In this document: in pieces, positions 39,054-49,899 of the stretch
Position numbering within the stretch: position 1 is the first letter of the stretch
Layout of the letters: each line of letters begins with the position of its first letter
Source: Candidatus Dormiibacterota bacterium
Lineage (GTDB): Bacteria; Chloroflexota; Dormibacteria; Aeolococcales; Aeolococcaceae
Direction of reading: 5' to 3'
Assembly: GCA_963718525.1 (NCBI GenBank)
Contig: OY970355.1
Span: 1,376,001 to 1,440,000, forward strand
Length of the DNA: 64,000 nt
Translations under genes and position numbers: made by a program
Notes under the pieces: model-generated
Told to the model about the DNA's origin: nothing
Seen by the model: only the letters and a program-made list of their open reading frames with translations
Database searches by the model: none

Positions 39054-40295
39054 ATGGGACTCGACTTCTCGCTCACCCGCGAACAGGAGGAGATCCGCGC
39101 GCTCGCGCATGAGTTCGCCGAGAAGGAGATGCGCCCGGTCGCCGATCACTACGACGAGCTCGAGGAGACCCCGTGGGACGTGATGCGCAAGGCGCATGCG
39201 CTTGGGCTCGACGCGACGGCGAGCTTCCCGGAGCAGTACGGCGGCGGGGGCATCGACCTCGTCACCAACCTCATCCGCGAGGAAGAGCTGGCCTGGGGCG
39301 ACGCCGGGATCGCGACGTCGATCGGCGCCAGCGGCCTCGCCGGTACGGCAATCCTCGCAATGGGCACCGAGCAGCAGAGGCAGAAGTACATCAGCATCCT
39401 CACCGGACCCGAGCTGAAGATCGGCGCCATGGGCCTCACCGAGCCGAACAGCGGCTCGGACTCGCTCGCGCTCGAGACAACCGCAACCAAGGTGGACGGT
39501 GGCTACGTCCTCAACGGGACCAAGCAGTTCTGCACCAACGGCGGCATCGCCGACGTGCAGGTTGCCTTCGCCACCACGGACAAGTCACTCGGGGCAGGCG
39601 GCGTGGCCGGCTTTGTCATCGAGAAGGGCACCCCGGGCATGCGTCAGGGACGCAAGGAACGCAAGCTCGGCGTCCGTGCCTCGCACACCGCGCAGGTCAT
39701 CTTCGAGGACTGTTTCATCCCCGACGACCAGCACCTCGGCTACGACGAAAACGGCGAGGAGACCGGTCCGGGACGGGTCGGGGCCATGAAGATGCTCGAG
39801 GCGACGCGGCCCATGGTCGCGGCCGGCGCGCTCGGCATCGCCCGGGCCGCATTCGAGTTTGCCCGCGATTACTCGTTGCAGCGAGTGGCATTCGGCAAAG
39901 CGATTGCCAAGCACGAGGCGATCGCTTTCAAGCTCGCCGACATGGCCACCGAGATCGATGCCGCGCGGCTGCTGACGTGGCGCGCGGGATGGATGGTCAT
40001 GAACGGCATCCCGCTCTCCCGTGGCGAGGGCTCGATGGCGAAGTTGTTCGCCGGGGACATGGCGATGCGCGTCACGGTCGACGCCGTCCAGATCCTGGGT
40101 GGCTACGGCTACATCAAGGATTACCCCGTTGAGCGGTTCATGCGCGACGCGAAGATCTACCAGATCTGGGAAGGGACTGCGGAGATCCAACGTCTGGTGA
40201 TCAGTCGGTACGTACTGGGCGAGCGCACCGCCACGCCGGTGCGTCCCCGTGTGGTGACCGACACTCCCTCGGCTTCGGTCGCGGCCGCGAGCTGA
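39054..40295 (+). CDS. Acyl-CoA dehydrogenase
   Basis: LTEPNSGSD, LNGTKQF.TNG, GGYGY, IWEGTAEIQR. Confidence 0.95.
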   Translation: MGLDFSLTREQEEIRALAHEFAEKEMRPVADHYDELEETPWDVMRKAHALGLDATASFPEQYGGGGIDLVTNLIREEELAWGDAGIATSIGASGLAGTAILAMGTEQQRQKYISILTGPELKIGAMGLTEPNSGSDSLALETTATKVDGGYVLNGTKQFCTNGGIADVQVAFATTDKSLGAGGVAGFVIEKGTPGMRQGRKERKLGVRASHTAQVIFEDCFIPDDQHLGYDENGEETGPGRVGAMKMLEATRPMVAAGALGIARAAFEFARDYSLQRVAFGKAIAKHEAIAFKLADMATEIDAARLLTWRAGWMVMNGIPLSRGEGSMAKLFAGDMAMRVTVDAVQILGGYGYIKDYPVERFMRDAKIYQIWEGTAEIQRLVISRYVLGERTATPVRPRVVTDTPSASVAAAS

Positions 40296-40412
40296 CGCCT
40301 TCCTCGGTACGGCGGGCCTCGTGTATCCCGGTCACGGGACGTCAAGCCCGTCCCTCGGATCGAGCGCTAAGCTCTCCGATCGCCGTATCACCAGCCTCTC
40401 GAGGAGCGTCGC

Positions 40413-41246
40413 ATGTTCGATCTGACCGGGAAGGTCGCAGTCGTCACCGGAGGATCGCGCGGCCTAGGACGAGCGGACTCGCTGGCCCTCGCGCGTGCCG
40501 GTGCTGACGTCGTCGTGACCGACATCCTCATCGAGTCGGATCCGGCCCTCGAGCAGACCGCGGAGGACGCACACTCGGCGTTGGCGCAGCTCTTCACGTC
40601 GCAGCACGTCGTGTACGCGGAGAAGACGAGCGACGAGATCCGTCAGATGGGCCGTCGGTCAGCGGCGATCAAGATGGACGTGACCAATCGCGAGCAGATT
40701 CGCGAGGTGTTCGCCACGGTCAAGAAGGACTTCGGATCGATCGACATCCTGGTGAACAACGCGGGAACGCTCGACCACATCGCGCAGATCGAGCATCAGA
40801 GCGACGAGCTGTGGGACCGCGACCTCCGCGTCAACCTGTCTGGCGCGTTCAACTGCACCAAGGCCGCATGGCCCTACATGCGCGAACAGGGATGGGGCCG
40901 GATCATCTACATGGCATCGGTCGCGGGGACGCTCGGCGGATTCGGTCAGGCGTCATACGCGGCAACCAAGGCGTCGGTGATCGGGCTCGGCAAGTCGATG
41001 GCGCTCGAGGGTGCGCGCTTCGGCATCACCGCGAATGTCATCGCGCCCGGGATCATCGGCACCGAGGCGTGGAAGATGGGTGACGCGAAGATGAACGATC
41101 GCATGGTGCTGCGCACCGCGATGCGAAGCGCCGGCGAGCCCGAGGACATCGCCGCCACTGTCGTCTTCTTCGCGTCGCCGGAGGCGCGCTACATCACCGG
41201 TCAGGTCCTCACCGTTGCGGGAGGCATCGACCTCTTCGTCTACTGA
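40413..41246 (+). CDS. SDR oxidoreductase (FabG-like)
   Basis: TGGSRGLG, NNAG, YAATK. Confidence 0.93.
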   Translation: MFDLTGKVAVVTGGSRGLGRADSLALARAGADVVVTDILIESDPALEQTAEDAHSALAQLFTSQHVVYAEKTSDEIRQMGRRSAAIKMDVTNREQIREVFATVKKDFGSIDILVNNAGTLDHIAQIEHQSDELWDRDLRVNLSGAFNCTKAAWPYMREQGWGRIIYMASVAGTLGGFGQASYAATKASVIGLGKSMALEGARFGITANVIAPGIIGTEAWKMGDAKMNDRMVLRTAMRSAGEPEDIAATVVFFASPEARYITGQVLTVAGGIDLFVY

Positions 41247-42459
41247 CCCGAGCCCTCCGAACCTGACGCGTCAAGCCCTGGATGTCGGCGTGACGTACTG
41301 GTCGCGCGAGGTCGGTCCGTACGTGTGGCACGAGTACGACGACGCGCGCACCGTGGGAGAGCTGCGTGCGATCAAATCGGCGGGCCATCACACCGTGCGC
41401 ACGCACCTGCTCTGGGACGCATTCATGCCGACGCCGGCGCGTGTGGAACCGGCGCGCCTCCGCAACCTCGAGCACTTCCTGAACGTGGCCACTGAGCTGT
41501 CCCTGCAGGTTGTGCCGGTATTGTTCGTACAGGCGCTGGGTGGTTGCCTGATGCTCCCGTCCTACGCGATCGACGTCGGTGCGCGGAGGAACGACGTGCG
41601 CGTGGTGACCGACGCTGTGACGCAGCCCGGCGGCTCACGCTACGTCTACACCGACCAGATGATGCTCGAGGTATGTGTGCGCTGGATTGACGAGATCCTC
41701 AGCGCATTCGCGGGGCATCCTGCGATTGTCACGTGGGACCTTGGACACGATCCGGCGGGGGGCGTGCGGCCGCAGCGCATCGAGCACCTGCGCAGCTGGC
41801 TCGCGCTCATCAGCGAGCGCATCCACGAACGCGAACAGCGCTGCATGCTCTCGTTGAGCGCCGATGACCTGGTGATTGCACGTGCAGTGCGTCCTGCAGT
41901 CGTCAGGACTCTCGTTGACACTGTTGGGCTCGACCTCAGCGGCGCGGCGCTCGCGCAGGTCGGCGGCGAGCGCGACCCGGCCGCGGCGATCTTTCTCGCC
42001 CAACTCTGCGAATCGCTCAGCAACTCGGCACCGCTGATTGCGCACCTGCAACGGATCCGGCAGGAGGCAGGCACGAACACTGATGACACCGAAGAGGACG
42101 ACGACGCGCTCACGCGGAGGTTCGTCGGCGGCGCGTTCGATGGGCTGGTCGATTGCGGTTGTGTCGGGCTGATGGCGGCCATGTGGAGCAACCCAGGGCC
42201 GCGGGCCGCGCAGGTGCCACCATTCGACCGCCGGCTGTACATGCGGCACGCAGGCGTCGTGGATGCCTCCGGTGTCGAGACAGCATTCGGCAGTGTCTGG
42301 ACCGAGGCGGCGCGTCACGAGCGAGAGCGCTCGGTTCCGAGTCCGTGGCTCGAGCACATCGACGCCGACGACTACTACGCCAATCTTCCTGAGAGCCTGC
42401 TTGAGCTGCGCGCGGCCTGGGAACGCGGCTCAGGCGATCACCCTGCTATGCTGCGATGA
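41215..42459 (+). CDS. GH5/clan GH-A-like TIM-barrel protein, catalytic motifs degenerate
   Basis: GVTYW, VRTHLLWDAFMP, HPAIVTWDLGHDP (canonical GNEP); start uncertain. Confidence 0.7.
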   Translation: MREASTSSSTDPSPPNLTRQALDVGVTYWSREVGPYVWHEYDDARTVGELRAIKSAGHHTVRTHLLWDAFMPTPARVEPARLRNLEHFLNVATELSLQVVPVLFVQALGGCLMLPSYAIDVGARRNDVRVVTDAVTQPGGSRYVYTDQMMLEVCVRWIDEILSAFAGHPAIVTWDLGHDPAGGVRPQRIEHLRSWLALISERIHEREQRCMLSLSADDLVIARAVRPAVVRTLVDTVGLDLSGAALAQVGGERDPAAAIFLAQLCESLSNSAPLIAHLQRIRQEAGTNTDDTEEDDDALTRRFVGGAFDGLVDCGCVGLMAAMWSNPGPRAAQVPPFDRRLYMRHAGVVDASGVETAFGSVWTEAARHERERSVPSPWLEHIDADDYYANLPESLLELRAAWERGSGDHPAMLR

Positions 42460-42601
42460 GCACCGGAACGGCGGGAAATCGTCATCCTTCGGTGCTTCCA
42501 TCGCGGTCTTTTGCGGGTTCCCGTTGCTGACAGGGGACGCTCCCATAGTGGTCGTGAACGCGGTGGGCGTCCGTGTCGGCGAGAGTCCTGGAGGACATGC
42601 T

Positions 42602-42802
42602 GTGACCGCTGGAAGAATCAAGAAGATTATTCCCGACCGTGGATTTGGTTTCGTCCGTGCAGACGATGGCAACGAGGTGTTCTTTCACCGCACCGAGCTG
42701 ACCACCGTTGACTTCGATGCCCTCCAGGAAGGCGAGCAGGTGACGTTCGACATCGTCAACTCGCCCAAGGGCCCGCGGGCACGCAACCTCCAGAAGGTCT
42801 GA
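42602..42802 (+). CDS. Cold-shock domain protein
   Basis: RGFGFV (RNP1), VFFH (RNP2), KGPRA; GGAGGA RBS. Confidence 0.93.
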   Translation: MTAGRIKKIIPDRGFGFVRADDGNEVFFHRTELTTVDFDALQEGEQVTFDIVNSPKGPRARNLQKV

Positions 42803-42806
42803 TCGC

Positions 42807-42829
42807 AGCGGGGTAACCCGCTTCTTTCT
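42807..42829 (+). terminator. Probable intrinsic terminator after the Csp gene
   Basis: AGCGGG-GTAA-CCCGCT hairpin followed by TCTTTCT. Confidence 0.6.
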
Positions 42830-42832
42830 CTC

Positions 42833-43609
42833 CTAGCCGTCGCTGCGCAGGGAGCGCAGCCGGGCAACTGCTGCGTCCACGCGTTCGGCTTCGCGCCCGC
42901 GAAGGCGGATGACCAGCTCTCGCTGCTCGACCTGCGGATACGACCCCACGGTCACGTCGGGGAATTCCGCTTGGAGCACGAGCATGGGCTGCGACATCTC
43001 CAACTCAGGGACCGATCGGTAGCGCACCTCGCGCACGACCGGCGCGGTGCCGCCGCCGAAGTACCCGGGAATGAGCTCCTCCTCGACGATGGTGACGAAC
43101 TCTCGGGGGATGCCTGGGAGCACGAACAGCCAGCGGTCCTCACCGATGTCGATGGCCAGCGGCGGGGCCATGCCTCGCCGGTTGGCGAGTACCGTGGCGC
43201 CGACCGGCACCATGGCGCAGCGTCGGTTGGCCTCCGACACCTTGGGCTCGTCGATCCAGCCGGCTGCATGCATTCGGCGAGCCATCGCTTCGATGTTCCC
43301 GTAGGCGATCGGGTTCAGCTCGAGGGGCCGGCCCAGGGCGTCGGCGACGGCCTGGAACGTGCGGTCGTCCGGCGTGGGGCCGATCCCGCCGCAGACCGCG
43401 ATTCGCGAGATCTCCGGGTCGTCGATCGCGCGCCGGATTGCCGCGATGATGGCCTCGGGCTGGTCGCCGACGACCTCGATGTGGGTGACCGGGTGCCCCG
43501 CGGCGAACGCGAGACGCGCCAGCAGGCTCGAATTGGTGTCCTGCGTGTGCCCGCTGAGAATCTCGTCGCCGACCGTGACGATCGCGGTCAGCCCGGTGGC
43601 TTTCGGCAC
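42833..43609 (-). CDS. CinA N-terminal-like (MoCF-binding) competence/damage-inducible protein
   Basis: [34 protein letters not shown]. Confidence 0.88.
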   Translation of the reverse strand: MPKATGLTAIVTVGDEILSGHTQDTNSSLLARLAFAAGHPVTHIEVVGDQPEAIIAAIRRAIDDPEISRIAVCGGIGPTPDDRTFQAVADALGRPLELNPIAYGNIEAMARRMHAAGWIDEPKVSEANRRCAMVPVGATVLANRRGMAPPLAIDIGEDRWLFVLPGIPREFVTIVEEELIPGYFGGGTAPVVREVRYRSVPELEMSQPMLVLQAEFPDVTVGSYPQVEQRELVIRLRGREAERVDAAVARLRSLRSDG

Positions 43610-43728
43610 CGACGCAGCATAGGCGTTGGTGTGTGGGAGGACCGGCCGGGTACAATGCGGCGGCCCCGGGGTGGCGTGGGTTACAGCCGCCCGGGCAATT
43701 ACTCACTTCCCTGAGGAGACCTGAGCGC

Positions 43729-45792
43729 ATGCCGACCCTCGACCGCGCCATCCTGCTGCCCATCGGCGCTGCGGGACTCCTGGCTCTTCTTTACGCCATC
43801 TATCTGATTTTCTGGGTCCTGCGTCAGCCGGAAGGCAACGACCGGATGAGGGAGATCGCCAAGGCGATCCAGGAAGGCGCTCAGGCATACCTGAACCGGC
43901 AGTACACCATCATCGCCGGGATCGGGGCAGTCATCTTCCTGTTCCTCACGTTCACGCTCGGGTGGAAGACCGGTGTGCTCTTCCTCATCGGCGCGGTGTT
44001 GAGCGGCGCGGCCGGCTACGTTGGGATGAACATCTCGGTGCGCTCCAACCTCCGGACCGCCGAGGCCGCGCGAGGCGGCATCAACCCCGCACTCCAGCTC
44101 GCGTTCCGGGGCGGCGCTGTCACGGGTTTCTTCGTCGTCGGCTTCGGGCTCATCGGCGTTGCTCTCGCCTACGGACTGTTCCAGGACTTCAACGCGCTCG
44201 TGGGCTTCGCGTTCGGGGCCTCGCTCATCTCGGTATTCGCCCGCCTCGGTGGCGGCATCTACACCAAGGCGGCCGATGTCGGCGCCGACCTCGTCGGCAA
44301 GCTTGAAGCCGGCATCCCGGAAGACGACCCGCGCAACCCGGCGGTCATCGCCGACAACGTCGGCGACAACGTCGGCGACTGCGCTGGCATGGCCGCGGAC
44401 CTCTTCGAGACGTACGCGGTCACCGCTGTCGCCACCATGCTGCTGGGCAGCCTGCTCTACAAGGTTGGCGGGAAACCCGATCTCGTGTTCGTGTTCTACC
44501 CGCTGATGCTCGGCGCCGTCAGCATCGTGGCGTCGATCATCGGCACCTGGTTCGTCCGGATGGGCCGCGGGACCTGGATCATGGGGGCGCTCTACCGAGG
44601 CCTCATCGTGTCAGCCGTCGTGGCGCTCGCCGGTTTCCTGGTGATCACGATCGTGCTGAACAACGGCGGGTATCTTTCCCACTTCGACCATCCGGTGTTC
44701 AACCTCTTCTGGTGCGCGGTCATCGGGATCGTCATCACGGTGCTGATCGTCGCGGTCACGGAGTTCTTCACCGGCGCCCAGTTCTGGCCGGTGCGCACCA
44801 TCGCCCGAGCATCGCAGACGGGTCACGCCACGAACATCATCGCGGGGCTCGCGATCGGCATGGAGGGGACGGCGATCCCGGTGCTGATCATCGCCATCGG
44901 AATCCTGGCGTCGGCAGCGCTCGGCGGCCTGTACGGCATCGGCATTGCCGCGACCGCGTTGCTGAGCATGACCGGGATTGTCGTCGCCATCGACTCGTAC
45001 GGCCCGATCACCGACAACGCCGGCGGCATCGCCGAGATGGCCGACCTCCCTGAGAGCGTGCGTCAGGTCACCGACCCCCTCGACGCGGTCGGGAACACGA
45101 CCAAAGCAGTCACCAAGGGGTACGCGATCGGCTCCGCCGGGCTCGCGGCGCTGGTGCTCTTCGCGAGCTACACCGACATCCTCAACAGCACGCTTCACGG
45201 AGCGGGCCTGGCCTCGATCTCGTTCGATCTCACCACTCCGCCGGTGATCGCCGGACTGCTGCTCGGCGGCATCATGCCGTTTCTCTTCGGTTCACTCGCA
45301 ATGCTGGCGGTCGGACGCGCAGCGGGCGAGGTGGTCATCGAGGTGCGCCGCCAGTTCCGCGAGATCCCAGGGATCATGGAGGGCACGGCCAAGCCGGAGT
45401 ACGGCAAATGCGTTGCCCTGGTGACTGCGGCCGCGCAGCGGGAGATGATCATCCCGGGCATCCTTCCCGTGGTCGCGCCGCTGGTCGTCGGTTTCGTGCT
45501 CGGCCCGCAGGCACTCGGGGCAATGCTCCTTGGCACGATTGTTGTCGGGTTGTTCGTGGCGCTCCAGATGACCACCGGTGGTGGTGCGTGGGACAACGCC
45601 AAGAAGTACATCGAGGAGGGAAACTTCGGCGGCAAGGGCTCGGACGCGCACGCTGCCGCGGTCACCGGTGACACCGTCGGCGACCCGTACAAGGACACCG
45701 CCGGCCCCGCGATCAACCCGATGATCAAGGTGATGAACATCATCGCGATCCTCGCCATCCCGACAATCGCCCTGCACCACCTCTTTTTCTAG
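43729..45792 (+). CDS. hppA: Membrane H+-translocating pyrophosphatase, K+-independent type
   Basis: [26 protein letters not shown]; GNTTKA (Lys at the K+-dependence position). Confidence 0.94.
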   Translation: MPTLDRAILLPIGAAGLLALLYAIYLIFWVLRQPEGNDRMREIAKAIQEGAQAYLNRQYTIIAGIGAVIFLFLTFTLGWKTGVLFLIGAVLSGAAGYVGMNISVRSNLRTAEAARGGINPALQLAFRGGAVTGFFVVGFGLIGVALAYGLFQDFNALVGFAFGASLISVFARLGGGIYTKAADVGADLVGKLEAGIPEDDPRNPAVIADNVGDNVGDCAGMAADLFETYAVTAVATMLLGSLLYKVGGKPDLVFVFYPLMLGAVSIVASIIGTWFVRMGRGTWIMGALYRGLIVSAVVALAGFLVITIVLNNGGYLSHFDHPVFNLFWCAVIGIVITVLIVAVTEFFTGAQFWPVRTIARASQTGHATNIIAGLAIGMEGTAIPVLIIAIGILASAALGGLYGIGIAATALLSMTGIVVAIDSYGPITDNAGGIAEMADLPESVRQVTDPLDAVGNTTKAVTKGYAIGSAGLAALVLFASYTDILNSTLHGAGLASISFDLTTPPVIAGLLLGGIMPFLFGSLAMLAVGRAAGEVVIEVRRQFREIPGIMEGTAKPEYGKCVALVTAAAQREMIIPGILPVVAPLVVGFVLGPQALGAMLLGTIVVGLFVALQMTTGGGAWDNAKKYIEEGNFGGKGSDAHAAAVTGDTVGDPYKDTAGPAINPMIKVMNIIAILAIPTIALHHLFF

Positions 45793-45854
45793 CAGTTCGC
45801 CGAGCGGCGGGTGCCGGCGGCGCGATATCCCGGAACGTCGGCATACTGTTGCTC

Positions 45855-46616
45855 ATGGCACAGAGGGTTGCTCCGGTCGACGAGACGGGCGGCGTTCACC
45901 GTTTGCCACACGAGCGGTCCCACCACCGCGACCTCCAGGGTGGTGCGGCTCGAGCCGCGGTCTTCGGCATCAGCGACGGTCTGATAACGAATATCTCGCT
46001 GATCCTCGGGGTCGCCGGTGCGAATCCACTCCCTTCGGTGGTCCTGCTCGCCGGCCTGGCAGGGCTGGTCGCGGGCGCGTTCTCCATGGCTGCGGGCGAG
46101 TACGTCTCGATGGCCGCTCAGTCCGAACTGCTCCAGCGTGAGCTCGAGATCGAGCGTCGTGAGTTGGAGCGCCATCCCGAGGACGAGACGCGAGAGCTCG
46201 CGGCCACCTACCGCCTCCGCGGCGTGGAAGAAGCGGACGCGCGTCGCATCGCCGAGGCAATCATGCGCGACCCCGAGGTCGCACTCGAGGTCCACGCTCG
46301 CGAAGAGCTCGGGCTGCGTCCCGGCAAGACCGGCAATCCCTGGCAGGCAGCCGGGTCGTCGTTCGTCATGTTCGCGATCGGCGCCATCATCCCGCTGATC
46401 CCGTGGTTCATCACCAGTGGGACGCCGGCGGCGCTTGCGTCGATCGTGCTCGGAGCCGTCTCGGTGCTTGCGGTCGGGTGGACGGTTGCGATCTTCACCG
46501 GACGCTCGCGAGTCCGGTCCGCCCTCAGGCAGCTGGCCTTCGCCACCTGCGCGGCGGCGGTAGCATTCGGAGTCGGTCACCTGGTCGGCAATCTGGTGAA
46601 CGTGCGGACGGGCTGA
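45855..46616 (+). CDS. VIT1/CCC1 family metal transporter
   Basis: FGISDGL, GAFSMAAGEYVS, EELG. Confidence 0.92.
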   Translation: MAQRVAPVDETGGVHRLPHERSHHRDLQGGAARAAVFGISDGLITNISLILGVAGANPLPSVVLLAGLAGLVAGAFSMAAGEYVSMAAQSELLQRELEIERRELERHPEDETRELAATYRLRGVEEADARRIAEAIMRDPEVALEVHAREELGLRPGKTGNPWQAAGSSFVMFAIGAIIPLIPWFITSGTPAALASIVLGAVSVLAVGWTVAIFTGRSRVRSALRQLAFATCAAAVAFGVGHLVGNLVNVRTG

Positions 46617-46725
46617 TCCAGTCCTGTCGCGTCAAACGGGGGAAACGGAAGGCGAGGCTAGAGTTGCAGCACCGCGAGTGACCCGGTCATGCGTGGCCTG
46701 ATCAGTCCTCTACACTCGAGAGAGG

Positions 46726-47073
46726 GTGGACGAGTATCAGCTGGAGATCCAGTCGTTGCGCCGGACGCTCGCACGGTTGCGTGACGAGGAGGCGGATTCG
46801 GCCCTGATCGAGGAGTACGAGACCGAGTACCGCAACCTCAGCTCGCTCTACAAGGCGGCGACAGACACCTTTGACGCCGATCAGAGCGAACCGCGGCTCT
46901 CCGACGCGCTTCGCTCACTCGGATTCGGCGATTGGACGCTGAGCAACGTGTACAGCTTCGTGTACGACGCATCGATGGAGCTCCCGGTCGACGACGGGCG
47001 CGAGCTCGCGCGACGCATTGACGAAACCGACTACGCGGCCTCGTTGCTCGCCGCGCTCGACGCCGTGGACTGA
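46726..47073 (+). CDS. Acidic helical hypothetical protein
   Basis: Protein-like composition, upstream TACACT and GAGAGG; convergent 3' overlap with the next gene. Confidence 0.65.
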   Translation: MDEYQLEIQSLRRTLARLRDEEADSALIEEYETEYRNLSSLYKAATDTFDADQSEPRLSDALRSLGFGDWTLSNVYSFVYDASMELPVDDGRELARRIDETDYAASLLAALDAVD

Positions 47074-48455
47074 CGTTCGGGGATCTTCTTGCCGGGGTTG
47101 AGCACGCCGTTCGGGTCGAGGGCGGTCTTGATCCTGCGCATCAGCTCCACGGTTCCCGGTCCGAGCTGCCGCTCCACGTACTGGAGCTTGGCTGCCCCCA
47201 CCCCATGCTCACCGGACAGCGAACCGCCCATCGCGAGGACGGTCTCGAACAGCTCCCCGGCAGCGGCGTCGGCCCGGGAACGCTCACCTTCGATGCGCGG
47301 ATCTATCAGGAACGTGGCGTGAACATTCCCGTCACCGAGATGACCGAAGTTCACGACCGGAAGCTGGTGTTTCACGCCGAGCTCGCGGGTGTGTGCGACC
47401 AGCTCCGTGACGCGATCGCGAGGGACGACCACGTCCTCGTTCACCTTGCCGATCTGCACCTTGGCCACCGCGGCGCTGACGGCCTTGCGGGCGGCCCAGA
47501 GGCGCTGCGCCTGACCGGGCTCGGTCGCACGCTGGAGCTGTGATGCGCCGGCGCGGGTGATCGCAGTACACGCGGCCTCGGTGTCGCCCCCGACCGTTGG
47601 AGTGTCACCTTCGAGTTCGACGATCAGCAGCGCGCCTGCGTCGCCGCCGATGTTGCCGCCGCCGGCCCTGCGAACCGCGTCGAGCGCCCCGGCGTCCAGG
47701 AACTCGAGCGCAGCCGGCACGATGCCCGCCTCGCTGATCTCGGCGACGGCCGCCGCGGCGCGCTCCATGCCCGTGAACGTGGCAGCCAGCGTCGAGCGTG
47801 TTCTCGGAGCAGGGATCAGGCGCAGGAGCACTTCCGTGATCACCGCGAGGGTTCCCTCGGAGCCGACCAGCAGCGTGAGCAGCGCCGAAGCTGACATGTC
47901 ACCGCCCTCGCCGATGCGCACGATCTGTCCGTCCGACATGACAGCCGTGACGCCGGCGACGAAGTCGGCCGTGACCCCGTAACGGAGGGTATGCGGGCCG
48001 GCGGCGTTGCAGGCGACGTTGCCCCCGATGGTGCAGGTCGCCGATGAGCCAGGATCGGGTGGGTAGTACAGGCCGGCCGCCGTGGCGTGTGCGTGAATCC
48101 CCGCGGTGATGGCTCCGGCCTGGGCCTGCAGGCGCAGCGCATCGGATTCGACGCCGAGAACCCGGTTGAGACGGGCGAGGCTCAGGATCACCCCTCCGCA
48201 CGACGGCGATGCCCCCGCCGCGTAGCCCGTGCCGGCGCCTCGAGGCACGATCGGCACCCGGTGGACGGCACAGACGCTGACGACGCCCGCCACCTCCTGG
48301 GTCGAGGCCGGGAAGACCACGGCGTCCGGAAGGTGTCGCTCGCCGGACGCTCCCCAGGCGTCATAGGCGTACGCGGCGAGATCTGCGGGGCGTGTGTAGA
48401 CGTGTGAGGGCGAGACCTGACCCTCGAGATCGCGAATCACGCGGCGATCGAGCAT
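47031..48455 (-). CDS. FAD-linked oxidase (GlcD/D-lactate dehydrogenase-like)
   Basis: PRGAGTG, YPPDPGS, GSEGTLA, GHLGDGNVH, SGEHGVG, LNPGK. Confidence 0.92.
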   Translation of the reverse strand: MLDRRVIRDLEGQVSPSHVYTRPADLAAYAYDAWGASGERHLPDAVVFPASTQEVAGVVSVCAVHRVPIVPRGAGTGYAAGASPSCGGVILSLARLNRVLGVESDALRLQAQAGAITAGIHAHATAAGLYYPPDPGSSATCTIGGNVACNAAGPHTLRYGVTADFVAGVTAVMSDGQIVRIGEGGDMSASALLTLLVGSEGTLAVITEVLLRLIPAPRTRSTLAATFTGMERAAAAVAEISEAGIVPAALEFLDAGALDAVRRAGGGNIGGDAGALLIVELEGDTPTVGGDTEAACTAITRAGASQLQRATEPGQAQRLWAARKAVSAAVAKVQIGKVNEDVVVPRDRVTELVAHTRELGVKHQLPVVNFGHLGDGNVHATFLIDPRIEGERSRADAAAGELFETVLAMGGSLSGEHGVGAAKLQYVERQLGPGTVELMRRIKTALDPNGVLNPGKKIPERQSTASSAASNEAA

Positions 48456-48527
48456 GCCCGCCGCATTGTAGAGAGCGCATCAATTCCGGTGCACATGGCT
48501 GCCGCCGTCCGTGCGGGCGCCGGGACA

Positions 48528-49862
48528 ATGACGTTGAATAGGACGGTGAGACCACGTGCCGCCGCGTTGTCGCTCGGCTGTTTCGCGATCCTCTTTGCAA
48601 GCGCCTGCAGTTCGTCACCGCCGAACCGGCCGCAACCGAGCCCCACCGTTGCGCCGATACGAGCGCTCATCCCGCCGGCGGCAGTGGTCGCGCTCGCCAG
48701 CGCCTTTGAGGCGCAATTCACCACGAGCGCGTATGCGGCGCAATGGAACGAGCTGGCACCGCAGGCTCAGGCGCTGTGGCCGTCGGAGGGTGCGCGAACA
48801 GCGATGCTCGCCAGGAAATTCGCTCACGCGGCGGTGGCCGGCGTGACCATCGGTCAACCCGCGTTCGAATCCACCTGGACCGCGCCCGAGAACCCATCGG
48901 TCCACGTCGACGGTGTCTGGGATTTCCCGGTGAAGGTCTCGTTTGCCAGCCCGGCTGCCCTGCGTCCAGCCGGCGTCGCCGCGCTGTTCTCGATGACGTC
49001 CTTGCAGATCGTCGCGAACCCTGGATCAGGCACGGCCGCGGTCGTTGGGGAGGGACCGGAGTCGCTCGACGCGCCGATCATCCTGCCGGCGTCGATCGCG
49101 CCCGTCAGCCTCGACGTCCCGATCCTGATGTATCACCTGGTCGATCAGATCCCACCGCGCTCCATCGAGCCGTCGACATATGGATGGAAGCTGGAGGTCG
49201 GCCTCACCACGTTGCCGAGCGCCTTCGATACGCAGATGGCCTATCTCTCGGAAATCCACGCGACATCGATCTCGCTCCAGCATCTCGCCGATGCACTGCT
49301 CTACGGGCTTGCCTTGCCGCCACATCCATTTGTGATCACCTTCGACGATGGAAGGCTGAGCCAGTGGACGAATGCGGTCCCAGTGTTGCGCCAGTATGGA
49401 TTCACTGCGGTGTTCTTTCCCTGCACCGCGCTCATCGGTGGCAAGGTCGGACCACAGACGTACATGACCGCATCAGAGATCCAGAACCTCGCGACAACAG
49501 GGTTCTCGATCGAGGACCACACCGTCAACGATGACACCGACTTCTTCTCCGCGGGACCGCACGTACTTGATGTGCTCACCAATCGCACCAAGACCGTGCT
49601 CGAGAATCTGACCGGTGATCCCGTGCAATTCCTCGCGTATACAGGGCTCTGGCCGTGGCCGACGAGCACGCAGGGCGCGGTGCAGGAGGCATCGATGTTC
49701 GCGACACTCGCGAGCTACGGGTATATCGCGGGTGTCCAGGATCTGCGCATCGACAGCGCCACCGATACGAGCACCGCGCTGTGGCAGCTACCGAGAATCC
49801 GCATCGGCCTCGCAACAACGATGCCGTTCTTCAAACACTGGTTCAGCGCTCAACCTGCCTGA
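48528..49862 (+). CDS. Putative lipoprotein with C-terminal polysaccharide deacetylase (CE4) domain
   Basis: Lipobox-like FASAC; PILMYH, ITFDDG, LPRIRI; start uncertain. Confidence 0.82.
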   Translation: MTLNRTVRPRAAALSLGCFAILFASACSSSPPNRPQPSPTVAPIRALIPPAAVVALASAFEAQFTTSAYAAQWNELAPQAQALWPSEGARTAMLARKFAHAAVAGVTIGQPAFESTWTAPENPSVHVDGVWDFPVKVSFASPAALRPAGVAALFSMTSLQIVANPGSGTAAVVGEGPESLDAPIILPASIAPVSLDVPILMYHLVDQIPPRSIEPSTYGWKLEVGLTTLPSAFDTQMAYLSEIHATSISLQHLADALLYGLALPPHPFVITFDDGRLSQWTNAVPVLRQYGFTAVFFPCTALIGGKVGPQTYMTASEIQNLATTGFSIEDHTVNDDTDFFSAGPHVLDVLTNRTKTVLENLTGDPVQFLAYTGLWPWPTSTQGAVQEASMFATLASYGYIAGVQDLRIDSATDTSTALWQLPRIRIGLATTMPFFKHWFSAQPA

Positions 49863-49899
49863 GCTTGGCCTGGAGGGCCGTGGGTATACTCAAAGCCAG

